DNA of 64,000 nucleotides from Thermoproteota archaeon (lineage in GTDB: Archaea > Korarchaeota > Korarchaeia > Korarchaeales > Korarchaeaceae), in NCBI GenBank assembly GCA_026986575.1, contig JALSOH010000011.1, positions 1-64,000 of the forward strand. The letters are read 5' to 3'. Of the stretch, positions 22,030 to 32,712 are shown in pieces (position 1 is the stretch's first letter; every line of letters starts with the position of its first letter). The position numbers were made by a program, and so were the translations under genes. A model generated the notes under the pieces. That model was not told the DNA's origin and made no database searches. It saw nothing but the letters and a program-made list of their open reading frames with translations.

Positions 22030-22181
22030 AGCAATCACCACGGTGCCAGCAAAAGGGTCAATATAACTTTGAAGGATCGACATCCGCAAAGCGTCGAGGC
22101 GTGACAGTACTCTCACTACTGTAGTCAAACCGGACCACGGGAAAGTTTTAGGAGCGCCTGGGGAGCCTCCAGATAGATGAT

Positions 22182-23128
22182 ATGAGTCATAACCATCGGA
22201 AACGCAAACTGATCACGCTCCTTCTACTCTCCCCCACGACTCCGGAGTTGTTAACTGGGAGCACTCCCCTCTGAGAGCTTGCGAATCCTCTCAACCTGCT
22301 CGTTCTAGTGATCCTGTACGGCTTCCCTGCCCTCATTCTGAGGGAGTATGTTCGCAGGAAGGGGTTGGGTTACCACTCACTCATGTTTCTGGGAATGCTC
22401 GAGGGAGTTCTCATGGAGGGCTTGGCCGTGAACACCTTCTACAGCGACAGTCAGGCGAAATTGGATCTGTTCTCCTCATACGGAAGGATAATGGGAGTGA
22501 ACTGGAACTGGGCCCTATACCTGACTTTCTTCCACAGTATTTACAGCGTGCTAGTGCCAGTGATGTTGGTCGACTCCATATATCCCGACGGGTCCCTGAC
22601 GGGGGAGATGCCCCTGAGCTACATGATGGCCGCCGTCGCTGGAGTCACATTGTTGTTCAATCTATCGGAGGACACTTACAGACCGCTCTTTTTCCTTATT
22701 ACATACTCTCCCTAGTTATGTCCCTGATGGTCATCCTGCTGTTCAGGTTGCAGGACGACAGACCCATGATCTGGGAGGGGCTGCGATTTCCCACGGGGAG
22801 GCTATACCTATTCGCGCCCCTCTTCCTAATAGTAGCCTTCTTCGGCCTTGCTGGTCACATCCATCCCCTCCTCCATGCGACTGTAGGGGTGCTGCTGTAC
22901 GCCTCTCTATACAACGCTCTGAGATCGATTTACGCTAACTGGAGGGAATCTAGGGATCTACTTGTGAGCCTTGCCATCACCGGACTGGTCGTGGCCTTGC
23001 TGAGTGGAAGGTACTACATCCTACCGCCTGCCATCGCCTTCCTGATTATAGCCGCTTATTGGGAAAGGAATAGGAGGAATGCTGTCTTACCGACCAGTTC
23101 CCGCCTCACCCATTCCACAGACACTTAA
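22182..23128 (+). pseudogene. Polytopic membrane protein interrupted by stops/frameshift
   Basis: SPTTPELLTGSTPL*…LYG…EGLAVNTF…FHSIYS; split ORFs 22308..22715 and 22718..23128. Confidence 0.55.
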
Positions 23129-23438
23129 GTTAATTTAGATTGCTTTAGGAGGTCAGAATGGCTCTGAGCCATAGCCCCCGCCCGATCGGGGGCGTACCTT
23201 ACCTCCTTTACAAGCTCAAAGCTATAACCGTGACTAGCATTGCGACCGTCTCCTCACCACAGCAGTCAGCGGGGGGCCTTCCACCTCCATCGCGCGTGAA
23301 CCCTTGAATATCCTTTATCTAAGCGAAAAACCGCTCTTCGACCCAATCACCTCCCTTGAGGCTCGAAAGGAGCCCCAAGGTTGACACGATTACCATGAGG
23401 GTGAATGGTCCAAGGAAGACTATGAGTGGAGAGGTCCA

Positions 23439-24489
23439 CTACAAACCCGGAGGAGGAAGGAGGTCCATGCCAGCACCGATCATAAGGAGGCCGATGACCG
23501 TTCCGATGTTTCCTAGGGAGTTCAACTTCCCCACCACCGATGCCGGATCGGGGAAGGCATATGCGAGGGCCCTAGATACGGGTATGAACGCTCCAACGAC
23601 AACGGAGATGACGGCTAGGCCGGCGAGGAAGAGAGGTAAACTCCTCACCCCTGAAAGAAGCGTCCCAATTACCAGGAGGGCGATAAGGGACTTCAGAGTC
23701 ATGTCAGCTCCGACCTCGTCCAAGGCATAGCCGGAGATCAGCTTGGATCCCACCGGCAGGCCCCCTATCAGGCTCAGCAGAAGAGCCACGGTTCCCTTAC
23801 CGAGAGAACCGCTCCCTAAGGAGAACGTAGATTATTGAGGAGCCCACGACGCTGGCCATGCCACCCATCCCGAACCCTAGGATTAGTAGCCAGCGAACAT
23901 CTCCCCTGTCACTCACCTCCTCCTTCCCCAATTCCTTCACTCGAACTTTTAGGGATCCCAGATAGGCCAGAAGAGAGGAGAGAATGTAGAGCGAGAGGGA
24001 AGCTAGTACTACGCTGGTCACGGGGGAGGTGCTGAAAAGGGCCCCGTAGACCGCATCGCCGGCGGGACCAGCGATGGATCCGACGAAGAAGTAGACGGAT
24101 ACAGCCATTCCAGTCCTCCCCTCGCTGGCTGAGGCCATCACCAAGTACTGGATGAAGGGCCAGGTGAGGCCCATCAGACTGCCCTGAAGGAAGCTCAGTC
24201 CCGCGACCTCATACCACCTTCTGGCTAGGGGATAGAGTAGGATCAAAAGGGCGTTGAGGATCAGGCATAGAGAGGGGAGGTGCCTCCACCTCCTTCCCAT
24301 CCTCCCGCTGAAGTAGGCCGTCAGGGATCGACCTAGCATGTAACCGGCGGTGAGCGTCGACACTCCCAAGAAGGAAGACCTCAACCCTTCCCTAAGGAAG
24401 AAGGATAGGGCTGGAGTCAGCATCCTCGTAGCGAGGGAGCCGGTGAAGGCCAACACCGTGAAGGCGACCAGAGCTAGCGAGTTCACCAA
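23439..24489 (-). CDS. MFS transporter, frameshifted near 23795
   Basis: Two consecutive hydrophobic ORFs (230 aa + 116 aa) with MFS-like helices. Confidence 0.7.
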
Positions 24490-24528
24490 ATTCCCCAGCG
24501 GGGGTTCGATATATATACAACTGAGCCT

Positions 24529-25266
24529 TCACCTGACGAACGAGTTGAGGAAGTGTGAGAAGGATCGGGCAACCAGCCTCACGTTCTGGATCGTGTCCTT
24601 ACCCAACTTCTCAGCCATTTTAATGGCCCATTCCAAGAACTCCTCCGGAGCACCCGAGAGGTCGCGAACGGGGTCCTCGCTTAGGAGCGGAAGGGAAAAG
24701 AAAATCGGTTTCAGCTGGGCCGCGAGCGCCAAGGCGCTGGCCAACTTATTCCGTCTGAGTTCCTCCCACGGAAGGGGGTCTAAGGGAAGCATCTCCTTCA
24801 CTAGGGGCCACTGAGTATGGGCTAGGCCCCTCTTAGCCAGGTAGCTCGAGACCTCGTAGTCCTTCACCGCTATCGACAGCAGGTAAAGCACCTTTGGGGC
24901 CGCGTTCCTCAAGGGAAGATCGTCTCTCGGCACGGATATCTCGTAGTATCTCCTATGACCGTGCAATTTCGCATGACCCAGCTCGTGGTATACGGAGGCG
25001 GTTAGCAGATCCTTCGGCACATCCAACCTGACCACGATGGTGGGGCTCTCCAAGGCTATGTGTAGAGCGTAGAAATCAGACGATTCCGGAGTCCAGTAAT
25101 CACCGAGCACCTCCCTGAGGTTCTCCCCTCCCCTTACCACGACGAGATTGAATCTTTCCACTGTAACCTCCCGGCTGGTCCTCTCGACTAATTCGATTAC
25201 AGGAAGGGCCTCGCGAGGAGAGACTCCCACGAGCCTTATCACAGGGAGTAAGTGCTTTGAGGTCAT
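24529..25266 (-). CDS. HExxH zinc-metallopeptidase-like hypothetical protein
   Basis: VYHELGHAKLH motif. Confidence 0.6.
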   Translation of the reverse strand: MTSKHLLPVIRLVGVSPREALPVIELVERTSREVTVERFNLVVVRGGENLREVLGDYWTPESSDFYALHIALESPTIVVRLDVPKDLLTASVYHELGHAKLHGHRRYYEISVPRDDLPLRNAAPKVLYLLSIAVKDYEVSSYLAKRGLAHTQWPLVKEMLPLDPLPWEELRRNKLASALALAAQLKPIFFSLPLLSEDPVRDLSGAPEEFLEWAIKMAEKLGKDTIQNVRLVARSFSHFLNSFVR

Positions 25267-25333
25267 ATAAGTAGAGAGGGTGAGTGAGGACGGGATGGAG
25301 GGAAGGAAGGTATATCACCTGTAAATTCCGATC

Positions 25334-25804
25334 ATGAAGGGAGTGCAGATGAGGGTGTATCTGGTGAGGCACGGTGAGGCCAAAAAGAAGGAGGAGGATC
25401 CTGAGAGGCATCTCACCGAGAAGGGAGCAGAGGAGGCTAGAAAGATCGCCGGATTCCTATCAGAGATAGGGGTTCGTGTGGAGGAGGTGCTCCACAGCGG
25501 TAAGACGAGGGCAAAAGAAACCGCTGAAATAATAGCCTCCGAGCTGGGAGTCCGGGTCAGGGAGGTAGGCGGACTTGATCCACTGGCTGATCCTTCCAAA
25601 TGGGCGGAGCGTTTGAAGGGAATGAAGGAGGATGTTATGCTGGTGGGCCATCTACCCCACTTGAGCAGGCTTGCTGGTCTGCTGCTCACCGGAGGTCAGC
25701 TCGAATTCGTGAAACTATCCTCTGGAGGTGCTCTCTGTCTAGAGAAGGAGGAGGAAGGCGGCTGGTCGCTGATCTGGCTAGTATCCCCGGGAATCCTTAG
25801 GTGA
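25334..25804 (+). CDS. sixA: Phosphohistidine phosphatase SixA
   Basis: YLVRHGEA…HSGKTRAKETA…MLVGHLPHL. Confidence 0.9.
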   Translation: MKGVQMRVYLVRHGEAKKKEEDPERHLTEKGAEEARKIAGFLSEIGVRVEEVLHSGKTRAKETAEIIASELGVRVREVGGLDPLADPSKWAERLKGMKEDVMLVGHLPHLSRLAGLLLTGGQLEFVKLSSGGALCLEKEEEGGWSLIWLVSPGILR

Positions 25805-25978
25805 GGTAGTACAGCTACGCGTCCGATCTCCTAGATGACTTCGCAGGCACCCCCAGGACTAACTCCGGGCTCGTGCGGGGGCAGCCAAGCTGATCGAACC
25901 CCAGCCGGGACCTGTTGATCACGGGAACCGGTTACTTGACTTACAATACTTTTTATCCCTAATCTATGTATTTTCCAT

Positions 25979-26218
25979 ATGCCACATATTACACTCAGTA
26001 TCCCTGAGGATCTGCTGGAGAGGATGAGGAGACACCCCGAGATCAAGTGGAGCGAGGTGGCCAGGAGAGCCATAAGGAGGTACCTGATGGAACTGGAGGA
26101 TGAGGTTTCGGGAGAGGAGATATTGGAAGAGCTCTCAGAGGAGGTGAGGGAGAAAATCGAGAAGTTAGAGTGGAAGAAGTTCTCGGAGAAGGTCGTATCG
26201 CTCAGAAATTACAGGTGA
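25979..26218 (+). CDS. vapB: VapB antitoxin (RHH)
   Basis: ITLSIPEDL…IKWSEVARRAI. Confidence 0.88.
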   Translation: MPHITLSIPEDLLERMRRHPEIKWSEVARRAIRRYLMELEDEVSGEEILEELSEEVREKIEKLEWKKFSEKVVSLRNYR

Positions 26219-26224
26219 GGGGGC

Positions 26225-26527
26225 ATGGAGGTCTTGGACACAAGTCTACTCATAGAGGGAAAGAGGGGGCTTACGACAATATTCAGCATAATAGAGTACC
26301 CCCTAGCTTCCAAAGGAAGCAGGATCCTCTTTCCTAAGAGAGAGGGCTTCTTGAAGTCTATAGAGATAATGGTGAAACTGAGGGAGATCGGTAAACCAGT
26401 TCCGGCCATAGATGTGCTCATCGCAGCGATATGCATAAGGAGGGATCTGAAGCTCCTCACTAGGGATAAGCACTTCCTCCTCATAAAGGAGGTGGAGCCT
26501 GAGTTCAAGGTGGAGGTAGTGGGATAA
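26225..26527 (+). CDS. vapC: Short VapC/PIN toxin
   Basis: VLDTSLLI…IDVLIAAI…LLTRDKHF. Confidence 0.88.
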   Translation: MEVLDTSLLIEGKRGLTTIFSIIEYPLASKGSRILFPKREGFLKSIEIMVKLREIGKPVPAIDVLIAAICIRRDLKLLTRDKHFLLIKEVEPEFKVEVVG

Positions 26528-26696
26528 ATAAGGATCCCGCGGTCTTTCCCTCTCGCCGATCTCATTCTTCAGCTCGCGGGGCTTCGGTCGATAATCGAAA
26601 GATCTGAACGCTCCCAAGGTGGATCCTCCCAGTTACAAGGGACCGCGCGATGTCCGCGCATCACTAAAAAGGCAGGCGATTCTAAAATCACGGATC

Positions 26697-27128
26697 ATGC
26701 CTTCGAAGGGACTAGCCGTTGAGAAGTTGAGGAAGGAGCTATCCAGGCTCAGGGGTGTTAGATTCATTTCCCTATTTGGCTCCATAGCTGAGGGTAAGAC
26801 CACGCCCCTCAGCGATGTGGATGTGGCGGTCCTCCCAGAGGAGGGAGCGGATGAGCTGTTACTCGTGGCCGACATCTTGGAGATCGTGACCCGCTCCCTA
26901 GGTGTAACTGAGGATCGGGTTGACGTGCTGCTCCTGAATCACGCGAACTCCCTCCCCCTCCTGTACAACGCTGTGGTCAGGGGGATCCTCCTCTACTGCT
27001 CGGATCCCCAGTTCTGCAGCGAGTATAAGAGAAGGATACTCTCCCAATACTTGGACTATCTCGTCTTCAGGGAGAAATTAGACCTTAGGAGGAAGTTCTT
27101 AGAGGCCGTGGGGAGGAGTCTGAGGTGA
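26697..27128 (+). CDS. mntA: MntA-type nucleotidyltransferase antitoxin
   Basis: LFGSIAEG…SDVDVAV. Confidence 0.88.
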   Translation: MPSKGLAVEKLRKELSRLRGVRFISLFGSIAEGKTTPLSDVDVAVLPEEGADELLLVADILEIVTRSLGVTEDRVDVLLLNHANSLPLLYNAVVRGILLYCSDPQFCSEYKRRILSQYLDYLVFREKLDLRRKFLEAVGRSLR

Positions 27129-27550
27129 GAAACGAGGGACTCTTGAGAATCATCAAGGAGAGCACGGAATTACTGGATGAGGGGATTCAGAGACACGGAA
27201 CCGCTATTTTAGAGGATAAGTTTCTCCTGTTAGCGGCTCTACACGCACTTCAAGTAGCGTCTCAGGCCCTCATAGATCTGGCGGCTCATATAACCTCGGA
27301 GGCAGGGGCTGCCGTCCCCTCGAGTTACTCAGAGATCCCCCAGATCCTCAAGCGGGAGGGCTGCCTGAGTGATCCTGAAGCTGAACTGTTCAGGAGGATC
27401 ATAGGATTCAGGAATGTCGTGGTCCACCAATACTCATTTGTGGACCTCGAAATCGTGAGAAGAATCTTGGAGGGTAAGCTCTACAAGGACATAGAAAAGC
27501 TCGCATTATCGCTGATCAAATGGGCTGAGGAGAAGGGAATAGACCCCTAA
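27125..27550 (+). CDS. hepT: HepT-like HEPN RNase toxin (DUF86)
   Basis: GFRNVVVHQY (RX4H) motif. Confidence 0.9.
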   Translation: MRNEGLLRIIKESTELLDEGIQRHGTAILEDKFLLLAALHALQVASQALIDLAAHITSEAGAAVPSSYSEIPQILKREGCLSDPEAELFRRIIGFRNVVVHQYSFVDLEIVRRILEGKLYKDIEKLALSLIKWAEEKGIDP

Positions 27551-27711
27551 CCTGTGGGATACTCCCACTTCCCATGAACCTCCCTGCCAGCATCACATTC
27601 AGGAACTAGGCACAGCATTCACAGGACGGTCCAGTACAATAGATGAACTTCCTCCGAAATTCTGGCTCCAAGTGAGAAGGATCGTTTTAAAGAAGCGATA
27701 CGAGGTTACAT

Positions 27712-28441
27712 ATGCCTTGGACCTCTCCTCTCACTCCTTCGGGTAGATCCGCTCTGGTCCCTGACGGCCCTTGGTACTATGTCTTCGATGCAATTGGGGT
27801 CCACGCCAAGGGAAATCCTGTCAAGCTAAGGGATATGGTTCCAGAAGGGGCGAAACCTAGGGATGATCTGTGGTTCTACGTAGCCGACATAGTCTCCTTC
27901 AGCCCCAATGCTCAGGAGCTTAACTACGAAGCTCCGGGCCTGCTTCAATATAGAGAGGCAGCGATCTTCGTCAGGGTGGACTGGAAGGGGAGGAGTTACG
28001 CATACTGCCCTTTCATGTACGTGGACAGCGACGTTTCCCTGGTCAGGGGGTTGGTAGCGGGCTTTCCCAAGAAGATAGCCCACATAGAGATGACTAGATT
28101 CCACGACCTGTTCAAGCCAGAGAAGTACGGGGGTCTAGCTTATAGGGCCGGGTACGGGCTCATGAAGCTCGTGGTGGAACCTGAGAAGGAGGTGAGCGAG
28201 CTTCCCCTAGACGATTTCGGTAATTGGCTCCTCAGGAGGTATATAAAACCGCTGAATGTGGATGACATGGTCGAATTCGTGCCCGAAGTCCAGTATGGGA
28301 GGATTGTCGAGGGAAGGGGGGACGGTGAAGCTGGGAGGAGGGATCAACGACGAACTGGAAGCCTTCGAACCCGTCGAGGTGCTCAAGGGATACCTGTACA
28401 GCGTGAAGATAGGGGTAAGGGACCTGAGGGTGCTTTACTGA
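27712..28441 (+). CDS. Acetoacetate decarboxylase-family protein; frameshift in the G-run near 28316-28321
   Basis: GPWYY…YREAAI…MYVDSD…GFPKK; true C-terminus in ORF 28256..28441. Confidence 0.8.
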
Positions 28442-28481
28442 GCTTATATATGTTTCTGAGGCTCCGCTGCCCTTATCCAAA

Positions 28482-29274
28482 TCAACCGTTCTCTTCACTC
28501 CTCTTAAGCCACACCACCCTCTGCGGGAAGGGTATCTCCACTCCCGCTTCCTCAAGCGCCTCCTTGACCTTAGAAAGCAGCCAGACCTTGGTCGACCACC
28601 ACTGACTCGTGGGTGCCCAACATCTGAAATTCAGCACCACCGCACTATCCCCATACTCCTGAACGAGCACCTCCGGCGCTGGCTCAGCCAGCACGAACGG
28701 GTGCTGATCAAATAACCTGATCAAAGCCTCTTTGGCTACCTCCAGATCCGAGGAGTATGAAATGCCGATGGGTATGCTTATCCTCCTGACGGGCATGGCG
28801 GAGAAGTTCACTATGGGGCTGGAGAAGAGCTTCTCGTTGGGTATCCTCACCAAGTGGCCGTCCCACGACATGATCTTAGTGGAGAAGATCCCTATCTCCT
28901 TCACGATTCCCTCCACCACTCCCTCGACCCTTATCGCATCTCCAAGTCTGAGCGGCCTGTCCAAGTATATGAAGACCCCGCTCAGGAAGTTCGCGAACAC
29001 GGTCCTGCTGGCAAAGGCCACGGCAATCCCTAACGTACCCCCCAGCTATCAGAAGTCCTGATAGGTCTATGTTGAGGGGTGCGAGTGACGAGACAACCCC
29101 GAAGAAGATTACTGTATAGAATATCAGACTGGTGAGGGGCTTATAGACCGTGGCGGTCATATACTTGGGCAGGACCCTGTTAAGGAACCTCCTAAGCAGG
29201 AACGCCACAATTAGCGTGCCAATCACACCCAAGAGGACTCCCATGTAGGGCAGCAGGGAATCGAGAGATTGCAT
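28482..29274 (-). CDS. mscS: MscS small-conductance mechanosensitive channel; frameshift at the C-run near 29038-29043
   Basis: ANFLSG…PLRLGD…RIPN…GVEIPFPQ; N-terminal TMs in 28876..29274. Confidence 0.88.
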
Positions 29275-29275
29275 G

Positions 29276-29929
29276 TCACCACACCATCCTGTAACCGCTG
29301 GCTATCCTCCTGATCAGGTCAACGGACTTGACGGGAGGGTACACCAGGTCAGCATCCACTGGAGGCTCATTCTTCATCTCAACGTAGAGGTCGTCGCCGA
29401 CGGTAACCTCCACCACCTCGTAGTAGAGGATCCCATCCTTGAAGAATATGTCCAACTCATTCACAGGTATTACGATCCTGTCCACCTCTCTCGGGTTCCT
29501 CACTTTGAAGACAACCTTTACCTTGGCATCTATTCCCCTCAGAGGGGCTTCTGAGGTGGGGCTCTCGTGGTACCTGCAGACTATTCCCTCCGTCGTGGGG
29601 CCATAGAGGGAGTACTTCACCCTGAAGGGAGAAAGAAAGCCGATTATCTTTCCATTTAAAGAGATATCAAGATCGTACGGGGCTGAAATCCATAGTTCTT
29701 GTCCGTCTAGTGGGATTAGACTCTCCTCCATCCTTATCATGAGGTAGTCCGTCACCTTGGAGGGAACGTTCACCGGTGGATTAGGCCGGACCTCCACCTC
29801 TTCGGCGTGAGTGTGGATGTTTCTCGTCACATAATCGTCCTGTAGGGTCAATCTATCATCTTCTAGCGATATCTTGGTTCTGCCGAGTTTGAGGGTATCA
29901 CCTCTCCCCACGGTCCACAACGGATCCAC
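29276..29929 (-). CDS. DUF432-like archaeal protein
   Basis: VKYSLYGPTTEGIVCRY pattern; adjacent to MscS. Confidence 0.65.
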   Translation of the reverse strand: MDPLWTVGRGDTLKLGRTKISLEDDRLTLQDDYVTRNIHTHAEEVEVRPNPPVNVPSKVTDYLMIRMEESLIPLDGQELWISAPYDLDISLNGKIIGFLSPFRVKYSLYGPTTEGIVCRYHESPTSEAPLRGIDAKVKVVFKVRNPREVDRIVIPVNELDIFFKDGILYYEVVEVTVGDDLYVEMKNEPPVDADLVYPPVKSVDLIRRIASGYRMVW

Positions 29930-30099
29930 CCCCTTTATTGGATCCTTAGCTTTTTAGTCATTCGTAAGAGGGATCGCAATCCCTGGTGATTGATATCGCG
30001 CCGATGAACCCCATGATTCCAAGGCCTGACCGATGGAGTACAGACCCTGCGAGGCTAGATGGAGCTTCTTTTAAATCACCCTTGGAATCATCGAGATGG

Positions 30100-30912
30100 A
30101 TGGAGATTGGAACGATCGCCCCAGCGGTGCTGGCGGTGAGCCTTACTGCTCTCCCTACCTCGTTGAGACAGCCCCCTCTCTTGGTCTACTACAGGAGAGG
30201 AGGTATCTCCGGATTAATCGAGAACTTGATCGTTTACTCGGATAGTACTGGGATCTACAGGAGGGATGGTGAGGAGATCAGAGGCAGGGTGGATGGGGAC
30301 ACGGTATCCGCCTTGGAAATGATCCTTAACTTGGTCTCCAAGCGGGGCTTCTCCGAGGTGAGCCCAAGGCTGGGAGCTGTGGATTTCCTCCACCACGAGG
30401 TGATATATCCGAGAAGGGGTGAGAGGTTCGCTTGGGTGGATGAATGGGCCTCTGAGGTGGAGCTGCCTAGTGAGATAAGGGCTCTTACCAAGCTCCTGGA
30501 CCATATCATCTCCATAGTTAGAGGAGTTGAGTGGGTGAACTGGGAGGAGAGCTCCACCGCCTATCTGAGGATGAGGGCCTCTTTGGACGGGCTGGTGGTG
30601 AGGGATGGTGCTACCCTACTGCTGAAGGTGTCGATAGCGTGCTTAGGAGAGGTTGAGATCTCCTACACCCTCCCGACACCTGACTCACCCGATGTGAAGG
30701 TCGGATCCGACGCAAGGATATTGGTGAACTTCTTGAAGGTTGAGGGACGTGTTATCGATGGAGGGAGGAGGAAACTGATCCCAAGGAGGAAACTCGAGAT
30801 CGAAGCATCTGTGAAGCTGAATGATGTGGGAAAAGGTCTCTACTGGTTGAGCGTTCACTTCCCTCCGAGGACCCCGAGCATCGAGGTATCTCTACCACTC
30901 GTGGTCGTGTGA
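30100..30912 (+). CDS. Exported hypothetical protein; N-terminal region resembles emfourin-type protease inhibitor
   Basis: Signal-like N-terminus; YRRGGISG…AVDFLHHEV…LPSEIRAL. Confidence 0.45.
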   Translation: MEIGTIAPAVLAVSLTALPTSLRQPPLLVYYRRGGISGLIENLIVYSDSTGIYRRDGEEIRGRVDGDTVSALEMILNLVSKRGFSEVSPRLGAVDFLHHEVIYPRRGERFAWVDEWASEVELPSEIRALTKLLDHIISIVRGVEWVNWEESSTAYLRMRASLDGLVVRDGATLLLKVSIACLGEVEISYTLPTPDSPDVKVGSDARILVNFLKVEGRVIDGGRRKLIPRRKLEIEASVKLNDVGKGLYWLSVHFPPRTPSIEVSLPLVVV

Positions 30913-31365
30913 GCCAATGTTCCCATCCAGCTCGCATCTAATTACTCTTCCCTAGTAGGGATCGGATCAGAGAAAACCCTACAGAGTGAATGGGAACTAT
31001 AAGAAATAAAGGTTGTGGGAACCCCGACCAGACCTGTGGATCTTATCAAAGATCCCCACGATTCAGCTGATCAGGAACACTAGGGTCAGGAGGATCAAGT
31101 AATATACAAAGTAGAGCTCAAAGGAGACCTCATTCTCAGCTATGCTCCCAAGCAGCTCCAAAGATGGGCAGTGGAACGAACTGATCAGGAGGAAGAGCAT
31201 GCAGGACAGATCTTCCATTTATATTGGAAGGGATCTTCAGGGAAAGAAATGTTCTTGCATAAATCCTTGATATAGCTTCTTCGTAATGAGTAATTTTAGA
31301 AAATAATTATAGAAAAAAAGTTCATAAATTTAAAAATAATTACATATACGCGAAAATGGATACCT

Positions 31366-32076
31366 ATGAGGCCATTCAATCGAGGATGGATTTTGATATA
31401 TGGAATATCCAATGTAGTGGTAGTTGCTTTATTTTTCCTACATTTCATCCTATTCCTGTTGGAAGGACTCCCATCTATTGAGCCTAGAACGGTGCTACCG
31501 CTGCTGATCTTCTCGGTATTGACTTCCTACATACTCCATGAACTCTCTCATTATGTGGCAGGCAGAGCCTTGAATCTCCAGCCTAAGATAGGGGTAGGGG
31601 GAGGAAGGGGAATTTTCAAGAGGTTTCTATACGTGAAGATATGTGATAGTGCTGCATCGAGGACTAGAGCCTCGATTGCCGCCTTGATGGGCCCATCCGC
31701 GAATGCTCTCGCCGTGATAGTAAGCGGATACCTATCCCGATACAACAGTACCGCTCTAATCTTCGGCATTGCTAACTTCCTAGTGCTCACCTCCACGGTT
31801 CTAGTCAGAGGACCTACTTCCGACTACAATGCCGCATTTCTGCCTACCCTGGTTAAGAAGACCTCAGGGAAGATCAGAGCCATCACCATGAATAAGGTGA
31901 AGATCGATACAGTACTGAGCAATGCGATATTCCTATTAGTTGCGATCTCTCCACTCACCAGAGGACTCGAGTACGTTTGGGTGTCCCTAGTACTGTTTCT
32001 GGCGATTATACTATCTACACCTCTCTATGGTCTGACGGCGAGCGTGATAGGTAAGTTGTTGCTCCCTAGGCGGTGA
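31366..32076 (+). CDS. M50 (site-2 protease)-family intramembrane metalloprotease
   Basis: ILHELSH (HExxH) in a TM context; ALMGPSAN; GPTSDYN. Confidence 0.8.
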   Translation: MRPFNRGWILIYGISNVVVVALFFLHFILFLLEGLPSIEPRTVLPLLIFSVLTSYILHELSHYVAGRALNLQPKIGVGGGRGIFKRFLYVKICDSAASRTRASIAALMGPSANALAVIVSGYLSRYNSTALIFGIANFLVLTSTVLVRGPTSDYNAAFLPTLVKKTSGKIRAITMNKVKIDTVLSNAIFLLVAISPLTRGLEYVWVSLVLFLAIILSTPLYGLTASVIGKLLLPRR

Positions 32077-32142
32077 GGTGAAGAACGCCCCATCTATGCA
32101 TAGATTATTCGTGGATCAAGGGTGGGGTCGTCAATGTCTAGT

Positions 32143-32158
32143 CACTTTTTATATTTTT
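32143..32158 (+). promoter_or_regulatory. TATA-box-like element for regulator/precursor transcript
   Basis: CACTTTTTATATTTTT about 30-45 nt upstream of GTG 32189. Confidence 0.5.
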
Positions 32159-32188
32159 GGTCTGTGTTCAGCACTTCGGGTAGTTGAA

Positions 32189-32662
32189 GTGTTCGAGAGG
32201 AAAAGAAGAAGCGAATTAGACATTATAGCAGATATACTAGGCATTCTATCAGAAAAAACGCAGTCCATAACAAAAATAATGTACAAAGCGAACCTTTCAT
32301 ATAATCTCACCAAGTACTATGTGGATAGATTATTATCTTTAGGCTTAATAGAAAAAATAGAAAGAGAATATTGTATTACAGATAAGGGTATCAAATTTTT
32401 AATAATATACTCATTTATAAAATCTGTAATTGGAGAGAAGGTAGAATTTAATTCTAGAATTATACACAGTAACAATATTTCTGAAATTTTAAAGCTTAAA
32501 GAATACCTTGAGTTGCTAAGTGGCAGAGGTCTTGGGGAGGTGAGTCCGTTGGTGGAAAAGGGAACTAGTAAAAGGATAGAGGAGCTGAAGGAGTTAAAAG
32601 AAGTTATCCCCGAGGAGCTCCCTGGATGTGGGCTCTGGGCCTGCGGGACAAGTGAGAGATGA
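32189..32662 (+). CDS. Archaeal winged-helix regulator (HTH_45/ArnR-like), reading in frame into the putative precursor peptide
   Basis: RKRRSELDIIADIL…TKIMYKANLSY…YVDRLLSLGLI…YCITDKG; probable GTG start 32189. Confidence 0.8.
   Translation: MFERKRRSELDIIADILGILSEKTQSITKIMYKANLSYNLTKYYVDRLLSLGLIEKIEREYCITDKGIKFLIIYSFIKSVIGEKVEFNSRIIHSNNISEILKLKEYLELLSGRGLGEVSPLVEKGTSKRIEELKELKEVIPEELPGCGLWACGTSER
32549..32662 (+). CDS. Putative RiPP precursor peptide, 37 aa: MVEKGTSKRIEELKELKEVIPEELPGCGLWACGTSER
   Basis: Strong SD GGGGAGGTGA (32534-32543) 5 nt before TTG 32549 (alternative GTG 32552); acidic/charged leader-like part then Cys/Trp core; directly upstream of a radical SAM/SPASM gene. Confidence 0.7.
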   Translation: MVEKGTSKRIEELKELKEVIPEELPGCGLWACGTSER

Positions 32663-32665
32663 GTG

Positions 32666-32712
32666 AGGGATGTCTCCCTACGATCTCTACCTCAATCTAT
32701 TATCTTTCTTCC
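32666..32712 (+). terminator. Stem-loop plus pyrimidine-rich tract after the precursor
   Basis: AGGGA-TGTC-TCCCT hairpin followed by TATTATCTTTCTT. Confidence 0.4.

Noticed and set aside
32078-32188. N-terminal extension of the regulator ORF
   Set aside because: It overlaps a TATA-like element and lacks family resemblance; GTG 32189 is the more plausible start.
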